A stretch of DNA of 64,000 nt from Escherichia coli (GTDB lineage Bacteria > Pseudomonadota > Gammaproteobacteria > Enterobacterales > Enterobacteriaceae): NCBI RefSeq assembly GCF_024700885.2, contig NZ_CP117016.1; one strand, written 5' to 3'. This document shows, in pieces, positions 61,787 through 64,000 of this stretch. Numbering within the stretch: position 1 is the stretch's first letter; each line of letters begins with the position of its first letter. The position numbers and the translations under genes were made by a program. The notes beneath the pieces were generated by a model. The model was not told the DNA's origin. It searched no databases and saw only the letters and a program-made list of their open reading frames with translations.

Positions 61787-63976
61787 ATGAGTACCACAAC
61801 ACGTAAATTTAAAACCGTTATCACCGATACGGGTGCCAAAAAATTAGCTCAGGCAGCCGCGCCAGATGGTAAGCTTGTCCGCCTGACTCATATGGCCGTG
61901 GGCGACGGTGGCGGTACATTGCCCACACCAGACAGTAAGCAGACCCGTCTGGTGCATGAGGTGTGGCGACATACTGTTAATCGCGTCTTCCTGGACGCAA
62001 CACATCAGAACCGCATTATTGCGGAGCTGGTTATTCCTCCTGAAACGGGCGGATTCTGGATCCGGGAAATTGGTGTATTTGATGAGCACGGCGATTTGAT
62101 CGCGGTTGGCAATACAGCCGAAAGTTACAAGCCAACCGTTGCCGAAGGGTCAGGACGTGCACAAACATTTCGCACCATTCTGACCGTCTCCAGCACTGCC
62201 ACTGTGGCGCTTACCGTGGATAACACCATGGTTATGGCCACAGTGGATTACGTGAATGACAAACTGAAAGAACATGAACAGTCACGACGTCACCCGGACG
62301 CCTCGCTGACCGCAAAAGGCTTTGTTCAACTCAGTAGCGCCACCAACAGCACGTCTGAAGCACTGGCCGCAACGCCGAAAGCGGTCAAGGCAGCCTATGA
62401 CCTTGCTAACGGGAAATATACCGCACAGGACGCCACTATAGCGCGAAAAGGCCTTGTTCAGCTCAGTAGCGCCACCAACAGCGATTCTGAAACGCTGGCG
62501 GCAACACCAAAGGCGGTAAAGGCAGCATATGACCTTGCTAACGGGAAATATACCGCACAGGACGCTACCACAGCGCGAAAAGGTCTTGTCCAGCTCAGTA
62601 GTGCGACCAACAGCACATCCGAAATGCTGGCGGCAACACCAAAGGCGGTAAAGGCAGCATATGACCTTGCTAACGGGAAATATACCGCACAGGACGCTAC
62701 GACAGCACAAAAAGGAATTGTCCAGCTCAGTAGTGCAACCAACAGCGCATCTGAAACGCTTGCTGCGACATCGAAAGCAGTGAAAGCAGCTAATGACAAT
62801 GCGAATGGTCGGGTACCTTCTGCCCGTAAGGTGAATGGTAAGGCGCTTTCAGCGGATATAACACTGACACCGAAAGATATTGGTACGCTTAACTCAACAA
62901 CTATGTCATTCAGCGGTGGTGCTGGTTGGTTCAAATTAGCAACGGTAACCATGCCGCAGGCGAGTTCTGTTGTTTCAATTACGTTGATTGGTGGGGCTGG
63001 ATATAACGTCGGTTCACCTCAACAGGCAGGTATATCTGAACTTGTTTTGCGTGCAGGTAATGGTAATCCGAAGGGGATTACTGGTGCTTTATGGCAGCGC
63101 ACATCGGCAGGGTTTACAAATTTTGCCTGGGTCAATACATCTGGTGATACTTACGATATTTACGTTGCAATCGGAAATTATGCGACTGGTGTAAATATTC
63201 AATGGGATTATACCAGTAATGCCAGCGTAACGATTCATACGTCACCTGCATATTCTGCTAATAAGCCGGAAGGGTTAACGGACGGTACAGTTTATTCACT
63301 CTATACGCCATCAGAGCAGTTTTATCCGCCTGGCGCACCAATCCCGTGGCCATCGGATACCGTTCCGTCTGGTTATGCCCTGATGCAGGGGCAGACTTTT
63401 GACAAATCTGCCTACCCGAAACTTGCAGTCGCTTATCCGTCAGGCGTGATCCCTGATATGCGTGGCTGGACGATTAAGGGCAAGCCCGCCAGTGGTCGTG
63501 CCGTATTGTCTCAGGAACAGGACGGCATTAAATCGCACACCCACAGCGCCAGCGCATCCAGTACGGATTTGGGTACGAAAACCACATCTTCGTTTGATTA
63601 CGGCACTAAATCAACGAATAACACGGGTGCACATACCCACAATGTATCTGGTACTGCAAATAGTGCTGGCGCACATACTCATACCGTTCCATTAAGGAGA
63701 CCAAACAGTGGAGGTATGAATTTCGACTGGCTTGATGGTGCATCAAGTGGCACGGTGGTGGGGAATGGAACTGTGCCTTCTTCTGGCGCACATACCCACT
63801 CAGTATCAGGTACCGCTACAAGTGCTGGGGCACATGCACACACTGTTGGTATTGGCGCTCATACGCACTCTGTTGCGATTGGTTCACATGGACACACCAT
63901 CACCGTTAACGCTGCTGGTAACGCGGAAAACACCGTTAAAAACATCGCATTTAATTATATTGTGAGGCTTGCATAA
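61787..63976 (+). CDS. tail fibre protein (P2 gpH-like) with internal tandem repeats and C-terminal His-x-His repeats
   Basis: 729 aa; conserved N-terminal baseplate-attachment region, four 44-aa repeats, and a C-terminal array of GAHTH/HTHSV motifs. Confidence 0.8.
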   Translation: MSTTTRKFKTVITDTGAKKLAQAAAPDGKLVRLTHMAVGDGGGTLPTPDSKQTRLVHEVWRHTVNRVFLDATHQNRIIAELVIPPETGGFWIREIGVFDEHGDLIAVGNTAESYKPTVAEGSGRAQTFRTILTVSSTATVALTVDNTMVMATVDYVNDKLKEHEQSRRHPDASLTAKGFVQLSSATNSTSEALAATPKAVKAAYDLANGKYTAQDATIARKGLVQLSSATNSDSETLAATPKAVKAAYDLANGKYTAQDATTARKGLVQLSSATNSTSEMLAATPKAVKAAYDLANGKYTAQDATTAQKGIVQLSSATNSASETLAATSKAVKAANDNANGRVPSARKVNGKALSADITLTPKDIGTLNSTTMSFSGGAGWFKLATVTMPQASSVVSITLIGGAGYNVGSPQQAGISELVLRAGNGNPKGITGALWQRTSAGFTNFAWVNTSGDTYDIYVAIGNYATGVNIQWDYTSNASVTIHTSPAYSANKPEGLTDGTVYSLYTPSEQFYPPGAPIPWPSDTVPSGYALMQGQTFDKSAYPKLAVAYPSGVIPDMRGWTIKGKPASGRAVLSQEQDGIKSHTHSASASSTDLGTKTTSSFDYGTKSTNNTGAHTHNVSGTANSAGAHTHTVPLRRPNSGGMNFDWLDGASSGTVVGNGTVPSSGAHTHSVSGTATSAGAHAHTVGIGAHTHSVAIGSHGHTITVNAAGNAENTVKNIAFNYIVRLA
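62313..62840 (+). repeat. 4 x 132-bp in-frame tandem repeat inside the tail-fibre gene
   Basis: Repeat unit encodes KG(F/L)[37 protein letters not shown].; the fourth copy is degenerate. This is coding repeat, not CRISPR. Confidence 0.8.
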
Positions 63977-64000
63977 TGGCATTCAGAATGAGTGAACAAT
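63976..64000 (+). CDS. start of next tail gene (tail-fibre assembly position), truncated by window end
   Basis: ATG overlapping the H stop (MAFRMSEQ...); only 8 codons visible. Confidence 0.3.

Larger units (their letters stand above)
40100..64000. mobile_element. P2-family (Peduovirus-like) prophage, left junction near 40.1-40.27 kb, right end beyond the window
   Basis: Contiguous P2-like order: int, C, cox-side early genes, replication A, variable island, portal Q, terminase P, scaffold O, capsid N, small terminase M, L, X, lysis, R, S, V, W, J, I, H. K-12 has ihfA here and it is absent. Exact att not determinable from the window. Confidence 0.85.

Noticed and set aside
62313-62840. Tandem repeats considered as a possible CRISPR array
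   Set aside because: Units are 132 bp, contiguous with no spacers, in frame inside a tail-fibre ORF, and there are no cas genes; this is a coding repeat.
62282-62952. Minus-strand ORFs 62282-62710 and 62458-62952 with internally repeated peptide sequence
   Set aside because: They are mirror images of the tandem 132-bp repeats in the tail-fibre gene; the repetition comes from the sense-strand coding repeats.

Overview
The window is an Escherichia coli-type chromosomal segment in two parts. Positions 1 to about 40,100 are conserved core genome in the same order as E. coli K-12: pykF, lpp, ldtE, the sufABCDSE operon (reverse strand), ydiH, menI, ydiJ, ydiK, the RprA sRNA, ydiL, ydiM, ydiN, ydiB, aroD, ydiF, ydiO, ydiP, ydiQRST-fadK, ppsA, ppsR, aroH, ydiE, selO, ydiV, nlpC and btuDEC. 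From about 40.1 kb to the window end is a P2-family (Peduovirus-like) prophage, inserted where K-12 has ihfA after btuC; it continues past position 64,000. Its order is: two-gene cargo operon, integrase, C repressor, cox-side early operon, replication gene A, a variable island, a putative cos region, then portal, terminase, capsid, lysis, tail and tail-fibre genes. The most interesting candidate is the variable island between gene A and the portal (47.6-50.6 kb), where P2 carries tin/old. It holds a ParM/ParR-like actin-type pair, a Cys-motif/coiled-coil protein and a convergent low-GC membrane protein. The second candidate is the two-gene operon fused downstream of the integrase (40.27-41.07 kb). 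All homology statements rest on reading the translated ORFs and recalling reference proteins; no database search or computed statistic was possible.
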